A stretch of DNA of 64,000 nt from positions 116,250,001 through 116,314,000 of the forward strand of contig OX597814.1 of assembly GCA_951406725.2 (NCBI GenBank), written 5' to 3'. Below, piece by piece: positions 40,672 to 56,089 of this stretch; position 1 is the stretch's first letter; every line of letters begins with the position of its first letter. Under the pieces are notes generated by a model that saw only the letters and a list, made by a program, of their open reading frames with translations, had not been told where the DNA came from and made no database searches. Made by a program: the position numbers and the translations under genes. Source of the stretch: Octopus vulgaris (lineage: Eukaryota).

Positions 40672-42861
40672 CTTTTAAGCTGAAGATTCTCTTCGTTGCT
40701 AATTCGAAAATTGGCAACGTAATGCGTAAAAAGAATGGATAAAATGCGATTCTGCTTATAAACACGAACATACGATTACACAAACGCACAAAAACATGCA
40801 AACACATACACGCATACACACACATATATATATACAAGCATGTGTGTGTGTGTGTGTGTGTGTATACACATACGTACCATTATCTGGAAAGTATCGCCCA
40901 CTAACACAATGCACCAATCCTTTATTCCTGTCGTGTCGAGAAACAATAAAGGCCATTATGTAATCAGAAGCCGCTTCAGTGTTCAGCCAAACCTATCTCT
41001 CCCTCTCACATCCACTTACTTCCCGGTTAATCCATTGGGACAGTCATAATCGTTACCTATCCAATTCCCACCACTTAAAACATGGCGCCTTTCTGTCTAC
41101 TTAAAAAGAAATCGTTTATTTCTATTGACGATGCTGTAAGAGCTTCCATTGAAAATGACTATAGAGATATCTTTTCGAAGGCGAGATTTATTCAGTACTT
41201 TCTATACAAGGTTACATCTCACACACAGAGCAGTTTGCGTCTATGCATTTTGTCTTCATTGCTAAACGCCTTGTCCTCAACTTTGTTCATGTAGCAATAC
41301 TTCCGTTGCTAAAACCAATACATGCCACTCAATTGACGCTCTCAATTTCTCTCATTATAGACAATTATGGAGTGGCTCATTAGTCCGAGAAAATCTTATT
41401 TCACTTTTGATATTCTTCAGAACTCATCATTCTTTCATAACTGTTAAATTAATATTATATTCTAACTATCGTCAGCTTAGAATGCATTCGTCAGTTATCC
41501 CTTTATGCTATTCAGTGTTCAGGTCTAAGAACATCCATTCATGTTCATGTAAGCACGGCATGTAACACGTATTTCATATATGAAAGCCGGCCACTCGATG
41601 TAATATTCATCGTTACACTCTATAGCACAAATCTCCAGAATTTCTATTGGGAACGAAAATCAATATAGATTACCTACTACAAAGGTATTGAACCTATTCA
41701 ATGATAAAGAATCCCATTGGTTATCTGGTCTGTTTGAGAAAAATTTCCATAAAACCAAAGATACGCTAAAGTCTTTAATATAAACTCGGTTGAGCTTTAA
41801 ATGAAAGTATTTTGGAGGTAATCATCCGACATCGAAATTTCCTTTTTGTTGTCTTTCTTTTTATTTATGCAGACGATTTAAAAAAAAAAGAAAAGAATGG
41901 AATGAAAAAGTCGAAATTATTGTGTTTTCAACCTTAGCATTTACAGGTTGAAGTTTGAAGGAACACATGGAAAGAGCAGGGGAGGGTTGTACAGTGTTGT
42001 AAATATCGTAAGTACGGTCTCAAGTCCCAGGTCTTATGGGGACGGTTACCGGTTTCCATGGAGCATAAATGACGAAATCACATTTGCCGCGAATCGGCGC
42101 AAGTCTGTCGCAGGGTTTACACATTTACAGCAGAGTGGACTGGAGCAATGTGAACCGAAATAGTTTACTTAAGAACAAAACGCACTACTTAGTCCGAGGA
42201 TTGTAACTAAGATCTTGCTATTGTGAGGCAACACCCTAACCACCAGGTTTCGCACCTTCACGTGTGTTGTGGAGAGGAAGAATTCGCGAAAGTGTTCCAA
42301 AAAAAAATATTGGGCAGGGAATACTGTAGGTGTGATGGGAAGATGATATGCGGCTATAAATATAATTGTTTAACAATTGGAATGTGAACGCTGAGATAAA
42401 GAGAGAAAGATTGAGAGAAACAAGTAGAGGGAAAGAGAGGGAAAAAAATGAGTGCTAGGATAGACGTACAGTGTCTCAGAGCGTACGTAGGATCTGTCAT
42501 TGAAAATGCTATATTTTTCATATGGCCTGGCCATCGAGATTCTTTTTGTGTCCTGTGCAGCTCCATGTTAGACATAATTTAGCATACCTGTCCGTGTGAC
42601 TGTTCCAGACATGAACATCCTTGATCTTTAGGGAGATCTAGGGTAAAATTATTTAGTGTGGACTTCTGTTTATTTTTTAAGACAATTGGTTGTAGTTTAG
42701 GTCTTGTTGCTCTTTTTGAACAGGCAGAGTGGTTTGCGTGGAGTCAGTACTGGCAGCTTGCGACTGTCGACGTGCACATAATTGTTGAGTGTATAGATAA
42801 GAGTTGAAGGTTTGGCTCGTGGTGAGAGCGTGCACGCGACGGCAAAGCAAATGACATCAAG

Positions 42862-43096
42862 TACCTATTTCTTTATTACCCACAAGGGGCTAAACATAGA
42901 GGGAACAAACAAGGACAGACATAGGTATTAAGTCGATTACATCGACCCCAGTGCGGAGCTGGTACTTAATTTATCGACCCCGAAAGGATGAAAGGCAAAG
43001 TCAACCTCGGCGGAATTTGAACTCACAACGTAACGACAGACGAAATACCGCTAAGCATTTCATCCGGCGTGCTAACGTTTCTGCCAGCTCGCCGCC
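42862..43096 (-). mobile_element. SINE family A, full length
   Basis: Reverse complement of the family consensus. Confidence 0.9.
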
Positions 43097-44952
43097 AAGT
43101 ACCAAGACATTACATGCGGTGTGCGTGTATTTGTGTATGTATGTGTAAGTCTGTGTGTGAAACTGAAACCAAACTTACAATACAAAGCGTGTTGTATTGT
43201 AACTACTTTCACTGAAGGAACACCGCTTACATAGCTATCTATTTTTGACGGTGGCTCCTTTAGAAATCCGCTAAGTAAAAAGAGATGATCTAGAGATGCC
43301 GATATTTAGGTAGAGATTATCTTCACAAGATAACAGAAATCCAGCAGAATATTTAAGGGAAACTGTCTTTTTATGTCTTTAGAAAATTGAAAAGGGAGTG
43401 GCAATCATCTCTTATATGACCTCCACGTCAAATAGGAAGGAAGGAGCGATTGGTGCATTTTCAAACCAGAGGCATGACCTACATGATTGCAAGAAAGTGG
43501 ACTTCATTAAAGGTAACCAACCGTGGTGTCAGATGATGGTGTGTAAGCGGGTTCTAGATTATAGGTACCACCAAATAGGGTATAACCTGATTTGAACTGA
43601 GAATGTAAAGAGCTAGAACGGATATCACAAGGTATCCGATCTGGCATTCTTCAGTCCCGCCAATCCATCACCGCGACTTGACTTTCGTGGGACTTGAACG
43701 TTAGATTGCAGTGTCGAAATAACTACCTCGAGATTTTATCGCTCAAACCGATTCGCCATCTAATGTGTGAAGACATTTTGTCTTCTCTTGATGGCATCTT
43801 CTAACACAGCGAAGATAGAATTTCGTCTAATAAGGTGTCCCTTATGTGAAGTGAATAATTAGTAAACCATTAAATCTTTCATTATTACCGAATGATACAG
43901 GCGATATACATGCATTCAAATATACATACATAATTAGGTACACACACACTCATACACACACACACCCTCACATAGAATTGATTGCATAGTATTGTTTACA
44001 ATAATTATCTTGAGCTGACGAAATACATTTTATTTGCTGTACGATTAGGATTCCTTCTCTTCTGTTATAAACATTTTTATATTTCTTTACCACATTTTCA
44101 GTTTCGGTGGATTTTTATGTCAACACACTTGTTTCTAAAATCGATCGTAACAACGGAAACATATTAGTGTTGCGTATCGATTCAACGAAAATGGTATCAA
44201 TTACCTACGCAAACCCAAAACTCTGCCAGAGAACAAATAAAGTGTGAGCGTTGTAAGGTGACTAGTTAAAACATGACAGTGTTAAATGCCATTTACGATT
44301 AATGGCATCAGCTCCAAATGTAATGATAAAGCCCATTAGGAAACCGTTTTATTGTTATTTCTACAAAGCTATATTTAACGTTTATCACGCGCTAATTCCC
44401 TGCAACAGAATTATTATATATACATTTGTTCCTTCGCGAGTGGGTTTGTGTTAATTGATATGGCCGCTTATTTGCACAGTAGCAAAGGTGAAGCAATAAA
44501 TTGAAGACCGTTTTAAAAGTTTTTGTTCATACATAGAGATATTACACGGTAAACAACCTTTACTACTAGATTAGATAGAGCAAATGCCTGAGTGGTATAT
44601 ATAGGATTTCATGTTAGTTACATTGTAAAGTTCTATTAGATTATGCTTATGGAAGTTGTAGAAACATATCGGACATGTTAGGGAAATGTAATTCTGTAGT
44701 TTCAGGTTTGTAAAACATTCTTCAGTGTTATGTCAAAGTGGTTGTTTGGAGAAAAAATAAGGAAGTTCTTGAGTTTTGATCGAAAATACATTGAGTGGGT
44801 AGGTAAGTTTCAAGAGTCAGACGAGGCATCGATAAATTTCGAGTCAGTTGACGGAAAATATTTGTGTCTTAACTAATCGTTTTTTCTGCAACACCTACTT
44901 TGTAAGACAGCGGAGAGCACCGTCTGCATTATGTAAATAGTAATCTAATGTA

Positions 44953-45250
44953 TGTGGAGGCGCAATGGCCTAGTGGTTAGGGCAGCGGACTCGCGGTCGG
45001 AGGATCGCGGTTTCGATTCCCTGACCGGGCGTTGTGTGTGTTTATTGAGCAAAACACCTACAGCTCCACGACGCTCTGGCAGGGGGTGGTGGCCCCTGTT
45101 GTACTCTTTCACCCCAACTTTCTCTCACTCTTTCTTCCTGTTTCTTGAGTAACGCTGCGATGGACTGCAGTCCCATCAAGATGGGGGGAACACATACGCC
45201 ACAGAAACCGGGAAACCGGGCCCATGAGCCTGGCTAGGCTTGAAAAGGGT
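44953..45250 (+). mobile_element. tRNA-derived SINE family B
   Basis: A box tggcctagtgg, B-box-like ggtttcgattcc, tail catgagcctggctaggct. Confidence 0.9.
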
Positions 45251-45560
45251 GAAATCTCATGTACCGTAAGTTTGGGCTTTGTAACGTATCAAAGGTTGTT
45301 TAGAAATTAATACAAGGGGCTGGTTGTTTAATCTCGTGTATTTGTTTCATGCATTCTTCTCATTTATTCATCTCATGTAATACATGATCATGTAGACCTA
45401 GAATGAAAGAAATTCTACCAGTGATCTCCCAGGTATACTCCTAAGCAAAAAGATAAAGCACGACATTATACAACGCATTATGGTAGGATTTTAATTGAGG
45501 AAGGTTTGGCTCTTACGTTTAGCATGTTTAGTAACTACACGATGGTTACTTTGTTGAAAT

Positions 45561-45790
45561 GCGGAGAGCTGGCAGAAAGGTTAGCACGCTTAGCGGTATT
45601 TTGTTTGTCTTTACGTTCTGATTTCAAATTCCGCCGAAGTCGACTTTGCCTTTCATTCTTTCGGGGTCGATAAATAAAGTACCAGTTACGCACTGGGGTC
45701 GATGTAATCAACTTAATCCCTTTGCCTGTCCTTGTTTGTCCCCTCTATGTTTAGCCCCCTGTGGGCAATTAAGAAATAAGTAATAAGAAA
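45561..45790 (+). mobile_element. SINE family A
   Basis: Matches the family consensus. Confidence 0.85.
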
Positions 45791-46755
45791 TATATTAGTC
45801 AAGAATTGGATGAGCTAAAAGTAAGTTTTAAAAGACATGGTCTGTATGCGAAGGGTAAACGGTAACCTCTAATAATATATGATAATATTTTCGGGAGAGC
45901 TTTCTGCTGCTTTATTCAAATACCACGTAATCTATTTGATATTATTGCCATGAAATTACTATGACTGTTATCTTGCCACTCAAGATACCCTTGTTCCTGT
46001 ATTTGAAAGTGCCAGCCTTGCAACATCCTGTGTCATGCTGAATCTACCTGAGAACTACCTTCAAGCTTATGTACGTCTGTGGAGTTCTCAGCCACTAGCA
46101 CGTTCATTTCACAAGCTGGCTATTCCGTTGATCGCATCAACTGGCAAAGGGATCGCAAAAGTTGAAGAGAAGAATGAAAGGTAGAAAGAAGTCTGAATTA
46201 GCTCAAATGTGTTTTTTAAAAAAATATCCTTACTAATCACTGGAAGCTCTACAAAGTATTGCCTAACCCACGAATAAACACCACAATAATACAGAGAATA
46301 GGTACAAGCAAAATCAATCAACACTACTACAACATGACTTAGTAACGCTGAGTAAAAATAATAGATTTTAGATTTCTTCCTTGAGAATATTGGCAGCGAG
46401 AAAATAATATTGCTATTGTATTTTCTTTTTAGTTAAGTGTAACCGACAAGACGATGAATGGCCGCATTAAGAGCCTGTTCATATAAGATATATGTTACTA
46501 GAAGCTGATAGCAATGCTACGCATGGCTGGGTATCTCATGTTAGATGTATTATCATTGATTTCAGTAGGGAGAATGTTTGGAATAAATCAATTTGCTTCA
46601 ACACTGATTACAATCTCTGTACAGTGAGATTTAAGATGCTATGTTTAAAGACAGCTCTATGTATTTCTGCTTTCTTTCGTTCGGTGATGAAGAAACAAAC
46701 ATTGTAATAACTATGATAAGTCTGTCATACGTTATATGATAGCACATAAATATAA

Positions 46756-46820
<65 letters not shown>

Positions 46821-47056
46821 TATGCATGTATCTATGGATGTAATTTTACACCTACACACCCAGACATTTAGACAAACATCTCTCAACAGACAGAACCGTT
46901 CCCATATATATCCTTACGGTATGAGAACTTTGGAAATTGATGAAATAAAGATATAATATAATAATATATCACTTTATATACATACATATATACATATATA
47001 TATACACACACTCATATATATATATATATATATATATTTATTTATTATATAGAAGG

Positions 47057-47107
47057 AGCTTCTACAGGATTAGTACTGTTTCATTCAAGAGAAATCTTCA
47101 GGAAGCT
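47057..47107 (-). ncRNA. Type-I hammerhead ribozyme in the PLE terminal region
   Basis: Minus strand agcttc-CTGAAGA-tttctcttgaat-GAA-ACAG..CTGT-A-gaagct followed by AATAAA. Confidence 0.75.
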
Positions 47108-47430
47108 ATTTGACAAGAATTGTATTAGCATTTATACATTTAGGCAGGTTTAAAGGAGTGGTGGTGGGGGACTTTTTGGGGGTAGGCATAGCGCAAAATA
47201 TCATACTTGGGGGAGTGGTCAAGGAGTCAGTGGTAAGTTAGATGAAAGAATAGATAAATAAAGAAATAAAAAAATAAAAAATATATATAAAAAATATATA
47301 TATAAAAAATATATATATAAAAAAAAGGGGGGATAGAGTTATAGGTAAATAAGGAGATTCTCACTTATACCTATACACACATGTATACGTATCTACACAC
47401 ACACACATATACACATATATATATATATAT

Positions 47431-47477
<47 letters not shown>

Positions 47478-48294
47478 CATATATACACACATACATACAT
47501 ATCTACATACACACATACATACACCCGCCCACATATACAAATTTATACACATGCACATGCCTATACCTGTCTACACATACACACACGTATATATGCATAC
47601 ACTCACTCCCATGCATGCACGCATACACACATGTGTATATATATATATATATATATACCCACGACCACACATACATATATACACAGAAAAATATATATTC
47701 ATACGCACATACACTCATGCACACACAACACACCTAGTTCCCTATATACACATATTTACACCTATATATACATACACCCACATACACCTATGTACATATA
47801 TATATATATATATATATACATATACACGCATACATATATATACATGTGTGCACATACATACATACACACATATACATACACATACACATACACATGTGTA
47901 CCTATACATACCTACACATACACACATACATACATACAAATATATATATACATATATATATATACAATCCAATACAGGCCCATTCCCTAATTTTAATTTT
48001 ATTATCTTCATTTATTACTTTTGTTATCTTTGATCGCTAGATCTAAGAATCCTGGCTATGGCTGCATGTCCATTTGTCTGTCTACTAGAAGGCAAGTACT
48101 CATTCCCGCACGCACACTCATTAGCACGTACATTCACCCATTCGTACACTCATACACATACACGTACGCACGCGTTATATTCATACATACAAACATCTAC
48201 ATACGTTCACGTATATACACATACGTACTCGTACCTACAGATTCGTGTCTACACTTTAGGAGGCTAGTCTATACATATACACCAATAAATATAC

Positions 48295-48325
<31 letters not shown>

Positions 48326-48369
48326 TACACACACACACATATATATACTCCTACATACAGATACATACC

Positions 48370-48425
<56 letters not shown>

Positions 48426-48649
48426 CATACACATACACACATACATATACACACACATACATACACATATATATACATACACAAACATATATACACACAT
48501 ATATCCTTACGGTATGAGAACTTTGGAAATTGATGAAATAAAGATATAATATAATAATATATCACTTTATATACATACATATATACATATATATATACAC
48601 ACACTCATATATATATATATATATATATATTTATTTATTATATAGAAGG

Positions 48650-48700
48650 AGCTTCTACAGGATTAGTACTGTTTCATTCAAGAGAAATCTTCAGGAAGCT
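48650..48700 (-). ncRNA. Type-I hammerhead ribozyme (identical tandem copy)
   Basis: Same sequence as 47057-47107. Confidence 0.75.
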
Positions 48701-49022
48701 ATTTGACAAGAATTGTATTAGCATTTATACATTTAGGCAGGTTTAAAGGAGTGGTGGTGGGGGACTTTTTGGGGGTAGGCATAGCGCAAAATATCATACT
48801 TGGGGGAGTGGTCAAGGAGTCAGTGGTAAGTTAGATGAAAGAATAGATAAATAAAGAAATAAAAAAATAAAAAATATATATAAAAAATATATATATAAAA
48901 AATATATATATAAAAAAAGGGGGGATAGAGTTATAGGTAAATAAGGAGATTCTCACTTATACCTATACACACATGTATACGTATCTACACACACACACAT
49001 ATACACATATATATATATATAT

Positions 49023-49069
<47 letters not shown>

Positions 49070-49955
49070 CATATATACACACATACATACATATCTACAT
49101 ACACACATACATACACCCGCCCACATATACAAATTTATACACATGCACATGCCTATACCTGTCTACACATACACACACGTATATATGCATACACTCACTC
49201 CCATGCATGCACGCATACACACATGTATATATATATATATATATATACCCACGACCACACATACATATATACACAGAAAAATATATATTCATACGCACAT
49301 ACACTCATGCACACACAACACACCTAGTTCCCTATATACACATATTTACACCTATATATACATACACCCACATACACCTATGTACATATATATATATATA
49401 TATATATACATATACACGCATACATATATATACATGTGTGCACATACATACATACACACATATACATACACATACACATACACATGTGTACCTATACATA
49501 CCTACACATACACACATACATACATACAAATATATATATATACATATATATATATACAATCCAATACAGGCCCATTCCCTAATTTTAATTTTATTATCTT
49601 CATTTATTACTTTTGTTATCTTTGATCGCTAGAGCTAAGAATCCTGGCTATGGCTGCATGTCCATTTGTCTGTCTACTAGAAGGCAAGTACTCATTCCCG
49701 CACGCACACTCATTAGCACGTACATTCACCCATTCGTACACTCATACACATACACGTACGCACGCGTTATATTCATACATACAAACATCTACATACGTTC
49801 ACGTATATACACATACGTACTCGTACCTACAGATTCGTGTCTACACTTTAGGAGGCTAGTCTATACATATACACCAATAAATATACATATATATATATAT
49901 ATACACACATATACATACACACACACACATATATACTCCTACATACAGATACATA

Positions 49956-50009
<54 letters not shown>

Positions 50010-50180
50010 CATACACATACACACATACATATACACACACATACATACACATATATATACATACACAAACATATATACACACATATATATACATGCACAC
50101 ATACACACATACATACGTATACATACATACATACATCCATACATCCATACTTACATGCATTTATACGCATACACACACCC

Positions 50181-50224
<44 letters not shown>

Positions 50225-50503
50225 TCACACATACATATACAAATCTACGCACACACATACATACATACACGTATACACATACACGCACATACACATATAC
50301 ATGCGTACCCATACACGTGCACACACGCACGCGCATCCATATATATACACACACACACATATATATATACACGTGTGCAAGCATACATACATACTCATAC
50401 GCGCACACATACTTACATATACATATATGCACACACTTACACACATATATATACATACACATATACATGCATACATACATATATGCATACATACACACAC
50501 GCA

Positions 50504-50553
<50 letters not shown>

Positions 50554-50618
50554 TATACATATATATATATATACACATACATACACATACACATACATAC
50601 ACACATATACACATATAC

Positions 50619-50651
<33 letters not shown>

Positions 50652-50730
50652 TACATATATACACATATACATACATATACATACACACACACATACATAT
50701 ATACATATACACTGATACACATACCCATAC

Positions 50731-50761
<31 letters not shown>

Positions 50762-50888
50762 TATACACATGCATATACTTATATCACTACATACTCACAT
50801 ATATAAACATATATACATATACACACATACATATATACATGTACATACACATACGTATGCATATATATATATATACATATATATATAC

Positions 50889-50933
<45 letters not shown>

Positions 50934-51581
50934 TACATATACACATATACATGTATACATACGCAATAATGATACACCTATATACACATACACACACACA
51001 GACAGATGCATATACATACATATATATATATAAATTACATATCTATATAAATACATACATAATACACATATACACACACATATATATACATTCATGCATA
51101 TACATATACAAGTATACATACACATACATACACACACACGCGCACACATACATATACACACACACATATACAAATACATACATACATACACACATACACA
51201 CACACACATATATACATACATGTACACATGTACATATATATATATATATCAACAAGGGAGGGTAAAGTTAATTAGTTATTAATCAATTTCATCAAGTGTT
51301 CAGTATGTAAAGGGACCATTATTATTTTGAGTAAACAATGTTAGAGGGAAAAAAATCCTCTAAGTAGTGGAAGAGGCTAAAAAACTTTAATGGCTGCTAT
51401 TTCTAGAAAGTTTAGTATGTGGCAAAGTAATTTATTTTATTTTACTAAGCCCTAATTATATAATATTTTATACATACATACATACATACATACATACATT
51501 TACACATACATATGCATATACATATATACACATATACATACAAACACATATACACATATACACACACACACACATACAAGC

Positions 51582-51620
<39 letters not shown>

Positions 51621-51844
51621 AATATATATACATATATATTTTTACATGCATACATACACACACACACACATAATACATGCGTATATTCCTACTGTACCCA
51701 TGCATTTCTATACATATATACATACATACGATACACATATACAAGCGTGCACATATAATATGTGAAAGGTCTTAGGAGAAAAGGTAATCGGGGGTGCTAG
51801 GGGAACAGTGGGGTTGGGGGGGGGGGTTGTAGGGGGGGTTGTCA

Positions 51845-52253
51845 TCAATCAGGTTGCCAGGTAGGTCTATAGTTCTTGTAGTTCGCATACTTCTTATGCA
51901 TGCAATTTGGGGAGTGTTCTGAAAATTTGTTAAGGAGAGGGCCTTTGGCGAACAAGATCTCTAGGCTCTCTGATATGCATAGGTCACAGCAGGTATGTCC
52001 TCCTGTGTACAGAGCGCGCCTTCTGTAGTAGTTTCCACTTGGTCTTGAAGGGGATTGAGTTCCTTTTAAGGTACCAGATGTGGGCGGCGAGGGTAGTTTG
52101 GTTGGATTTATCCTGTCGCCGGAACGAGTGTGTATGTGCGTACCAGCGGGTCTTAAAGCTGTTTGACGTCATTCCAATGTAGGATTTACTTTTATCGTCA
52201 AAGCCTGATCTTACCTCGCATTTATATACTAGGTCCCTCTGTAGGCAGTTGTT
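51845..52253 (-). pseudogene. PLE GIY-YIG endonuclease domain, 5'-truncated with one frameshift near 52010
   Basis: CLQRDLVYKCEV..SYIGMTSNSFKTRWYAH..F..TTLAAHIWYLK..KWKLL, then CDLCISE..LLNKFSE..CMH. Confidence 0.9.
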
Positions 52254-52600
52254 AACTGCCATGATAAAACCACCTGCCCCCTCAACAACAACTGCCTACA
52301 GAGGGACCTAGTATATAAATGCGAGGTAAGATCAGGCCTTGACGATAAAAGTAAATCCTACATTGGAATGACGTCAAACAGCTTTAAGACCCGCTGGTAC
52401 GCACCATCCTACCTCGTTCCGGCGTACAGGATAAATCCAACCAAACTACCCTCGCCGCCCAAATCTGGTACCTTAAAAGGAACTCAATCCCTTCAAAGAC
52501 CAAGTGGCAGAAGGCGCGCTCGTACACGGGAGGACATACCTGCTGTGACCTATGCATATCAGAAGCAGCCTAGAAGATATATTTTCAGAGCCTCCCAAAT
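52254..52600 (+). pseudogene. Inverted, more disrupted copy of the GIY-YIG domain including the Cys-rich linker
   Basis: NCHDKTTCPLNNNCLQRDLVYKCEV..YIGMTSNSFKTRWYA, then many indels. Confidence 0.85.
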
Positions 52601-52717
52601 TGTGTATCGTATGTATGTATATATGTATAGAAATGCATGGGTACAGTAGGAATATACGCATGTATTATGTGTGTGTGTGTGTATGTATGCATGTAAAAAT
52701 ATATATGTATATATATT

Positions 52718-52756
<39 letters not shown>

Positions 52757-53406
52757 GCTTGTATGTGTGTGTGTGTGTATATGTGTATATGTGTTTGTAT
52801 GTATATGTGTATATATGTATATGCATATGTATGTGTAAATGTATGTGTTTATGTATGTGTATGTATGTATAAAATATTATATAATTAGGGCTTAGTAAAA
52901 TAAAATAAATTACTTTGCCACATACTAAACTTTCTAGAAATAGCAGCCATTAAAGTTTTTTAGCCTCTTCCACTACTTAGAGGATTTTTTTCCCTCTAAC
53001 ATTGTTTACTCAAAATAATAATGGTCCCTTTACATACTGAACACTTGATGAAATTGATTAATAACTAATTAACTTTACCCTCCCTTGTTGATATATATAT
53101 ATATATGTACATGTGTACATGTATGTATATATGTGTGTGTGTGTATGTGTGTATGTATGTATGTATTTGTGTATGTGTGTGTGTATATGTATGTGTGCGC
53201 GTGTGTGTGTATGTATGTGTATGTATACTTGTATATGTATATGCATGAATGTATATATATGTGTGTGTATATGTGTATTATGTATGTATTTATATAGATA
53301 TGTAATTTATATATATATATGTATGTATATGCATCTGTCTGTGTGTGTGTATGTGTATATATGTGTATCATTATTGCGTATGTATACATGTATATGAGTA
53401 TATGTA

Positions 53407-53444
<38 letters not shown>

Positions 53445-53570
53445 GGTATATATATATGTATATATATATATGCATACGTATGTGTATGTACATGCATATA
53501 TGTATGTGTGTATATGTATATATGTTTATATATGTGAGTATGTAGTGATATAAGTATATGCATGTGTATA

Positions 53571-53601
<31 letters not shown>

Positions 53602-53780
53602 GTATGGGTATGTGTATCAGTGTATATGTATATATGTATGTGTGTGTGTATGTATATGTATGTATATGTGTATATATGTATGTGTATATGTGTATATATA
53701 TATATATATGTATGTGTATGTATGTGTATGTATGTGTATGTGTATGTATGTGTATATATATATATATGTATATATATATG

Positions 53781-53824
<44 letters not shown>

Positions 53825-54109
53825 CGTGTGTGTATGTATGCATATATGTATGTATGCATGTATATGTGTATGTATATATATGTGTGTAAGTGTGTGCATA
53901 TATGTATATGTAAGTATGTGTGCGCGTATGAGTATGTATGTATGCTTGCACACGTGTATATATATGTGTGTGTGTGTATATATATGGATGCGCGTGCGTG
54001 TGTGCACGTGTATGGGTACGCATGTATATGTGTATGTGCGTGTATGTGTATATGTATGTATGTATGTGTGTGCGTAGATTTGTATATGTATGTGTGAGTG
54101 TATATATAT

Positions 54110-54145
<36 letters not shown>

Positions 54146-54316
54146 GGGTGTGTGTATGCGTATAAATGCATGTAAGTATGGATGTATGGATGTATGTATG
54201 TATGTATACGTATGTATGTGTGTATGTGTGCATGTATATATATGTGTGTATATATGTTTGTGTATGTATATATATGTGTATGTATGTGTGTGTATATGTA
54301 TGTGTGTATGTGTATG

Positions 54317-54372
<56 letters not shown>

Positions 54373-54416
54373 GGTATGTATCTGTATGTAGGAGTATATA
54401 TATGTGTGTGTGTGTA

Positions 54417-54447
<31 letters not shown>

Positions 54448-55260
54448 GTATATTTATTGGTGTATATGTATAGACTAGCCTCCTAAAGTGTAGACACGAA
54501 TCTGTAGGTACGAGTACGTATGTGTATATACGTGAACGTATGTAGATGTTTGTATGTATGAATATAACGCGTGCGTACGTGTATGTGTATGAGTGTACGA
54601 ATGGGTGAATGTACGTGCTAATGAGTGTGCGTGCGGGAATGAGTACTTGCCTTCTAGTAGACAGACAAATGGACATGCAGCCATAGCCAGGATTCTTAGA
54701 TCTAGCGATCAAAGATAACAAAAGTAATAAATGAAGATAATAAAATTAAAATTAGGGAATGGGCCTGTATTGGATTGTATATATATATATGTATATATAT
54801 ATTTGTATGTATGTATGTGTGTATGTGTAGGTATGTATAGGTACACATGTGTATGTGTATGTGTATGTATATGTGTGTATGTATGTATGTGCACACATGT
54901 ATATATATGTATGCGTGTATATGTATATATATATATATATATGTACATAGGTGTATGTGGGTGTATGTATATATAGGTGTAAATATGTGTATATAGGGAA
55001 CTAGGTGTGTTGTGTGTGCATGAGTGTATGTGCGTATGAATATATATTTTTCTGTGTATATATGTATGTGTGGTCGTGGGTATATATATATATATATATA
55101 TACACATGTGTGTATGCGTGCATGCATGGGAGTGAGTGTATGCATATATACGTGTGTGTATGTGTAGACAGGTATAGGCATGTGCATGTGTATAAATTTG
55201 TATATGTGGGCGGGTGTATGTATGTGTGTATGTAGATATGTATGTATGTGTGTATATATG

Positions 55261-55307
<47 letters not shown>

Positions 55308-55640
55308 ATATATATATATATGTGTATATGTGTGTGTGTGTAGATACGTATACATGTGTGTATAGGTATAAGTGAGAATCTCCTTATTTACCTATAACTC
55401 TATTTTTGTGTGTAGGTCCCCCCTTTTTTATATATATATTTTTTATATATATATTTTTTATATATATTTTTTATTTTTTTATTTCTTTATTTATCTATTC
55501 TTTCATCTAACTTACCACTGACTCCTTGACCACTCCCCCAAGTATGATATTTTGCGCTATGCCTACCCCCAAAAAGTCCCCCACCACCACTCCTTTAAAC
55601 CTGCCTAAATGTATAAATGCTAATACAATTCTTGTCAAAT

Positions 55641-55691
55641 AGCTTCCTGAAGATTTCTCTTGAATGAAACAGTACTAGTCCTGTAGAAGCT
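55641..55691 (+). ncRNA. Type-I hammerhead ribozyme with a GUA cleavage triplet
   Basis: agcttc-CTGAAGA-tttctcttgaat-GAA-ACAG t ACTAGT c CTGT-A-gaagct; AATAAA at 55702. Confidence 0.8.
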
Positions 55692-55777
55692 CCTTCTATA
55701 TAATAAATTAATTTTACTCTGCTATGTATTGAGTACCTTACTTACTGTGGTTAACCCCGAATCAACCCGGGACCTAC

Positions 55778-55868
<91 letters not shown>

Positions 55869-56089
55869 TATATATATATATAAGTATATATATATATAAA
55901 AGTATATATATATATATAAATATTTATATATTACAGTAAGTGACGATGTCAATAAATATATTCGTATATCTTGAATATATTGAGATCCATGCAATTCAAT
56001 TGAGTACAGATTAGCTATTTAAACAGCTAATATTTCCAGCTATGACACATTTAGATATCAGACAACATTCATATCCATATAACCTATAG

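Larger units (their letters stand above)
46905..50090. repeat. Tandem duplication with a period of ~1593 bp
   Basis: tccttacggtatgagaac at 46911 and 48504; colinear thereafter. Confidence 0.92.
48634..55780. mobile_element. Penelope-like element as a head-to-head inverted pair (arms 48634-52253 minus, 52287-55707 plus)
   Basis: GIY-YIG remnants at the centre, a long AC/AT-repeat tract in each arm, and HHR plus AATAAA at both outer ends. Confidence 0.85.

Noticed and set aside
40679-40725. CTGAAGA...GAAA motif
   Set aside because: The GAAA sits in the loop of another hairpin (cgttgctaatt/aattggcaacg); no hammerhead topology
42460-42640. LINE endonuclease-like ELHR..ESRWPG on minus (and VPQ..FKKG near 58520 on plus)
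   Set aside because: Too short and degraded to call
44953-45030. tRNA gene candidates at SINE B heads
   Set aside because: A and B boxes are present but there is no clean cloverleaf, and each continues into a shared SINE body
53075-54721. 548-aa ORF and the similar Y/I/H/T- or C/V/M-rich ORFs at 47-55 kb
   Set aside because: Translations of AC/AT dinucleotide repeats, which lack stop codons
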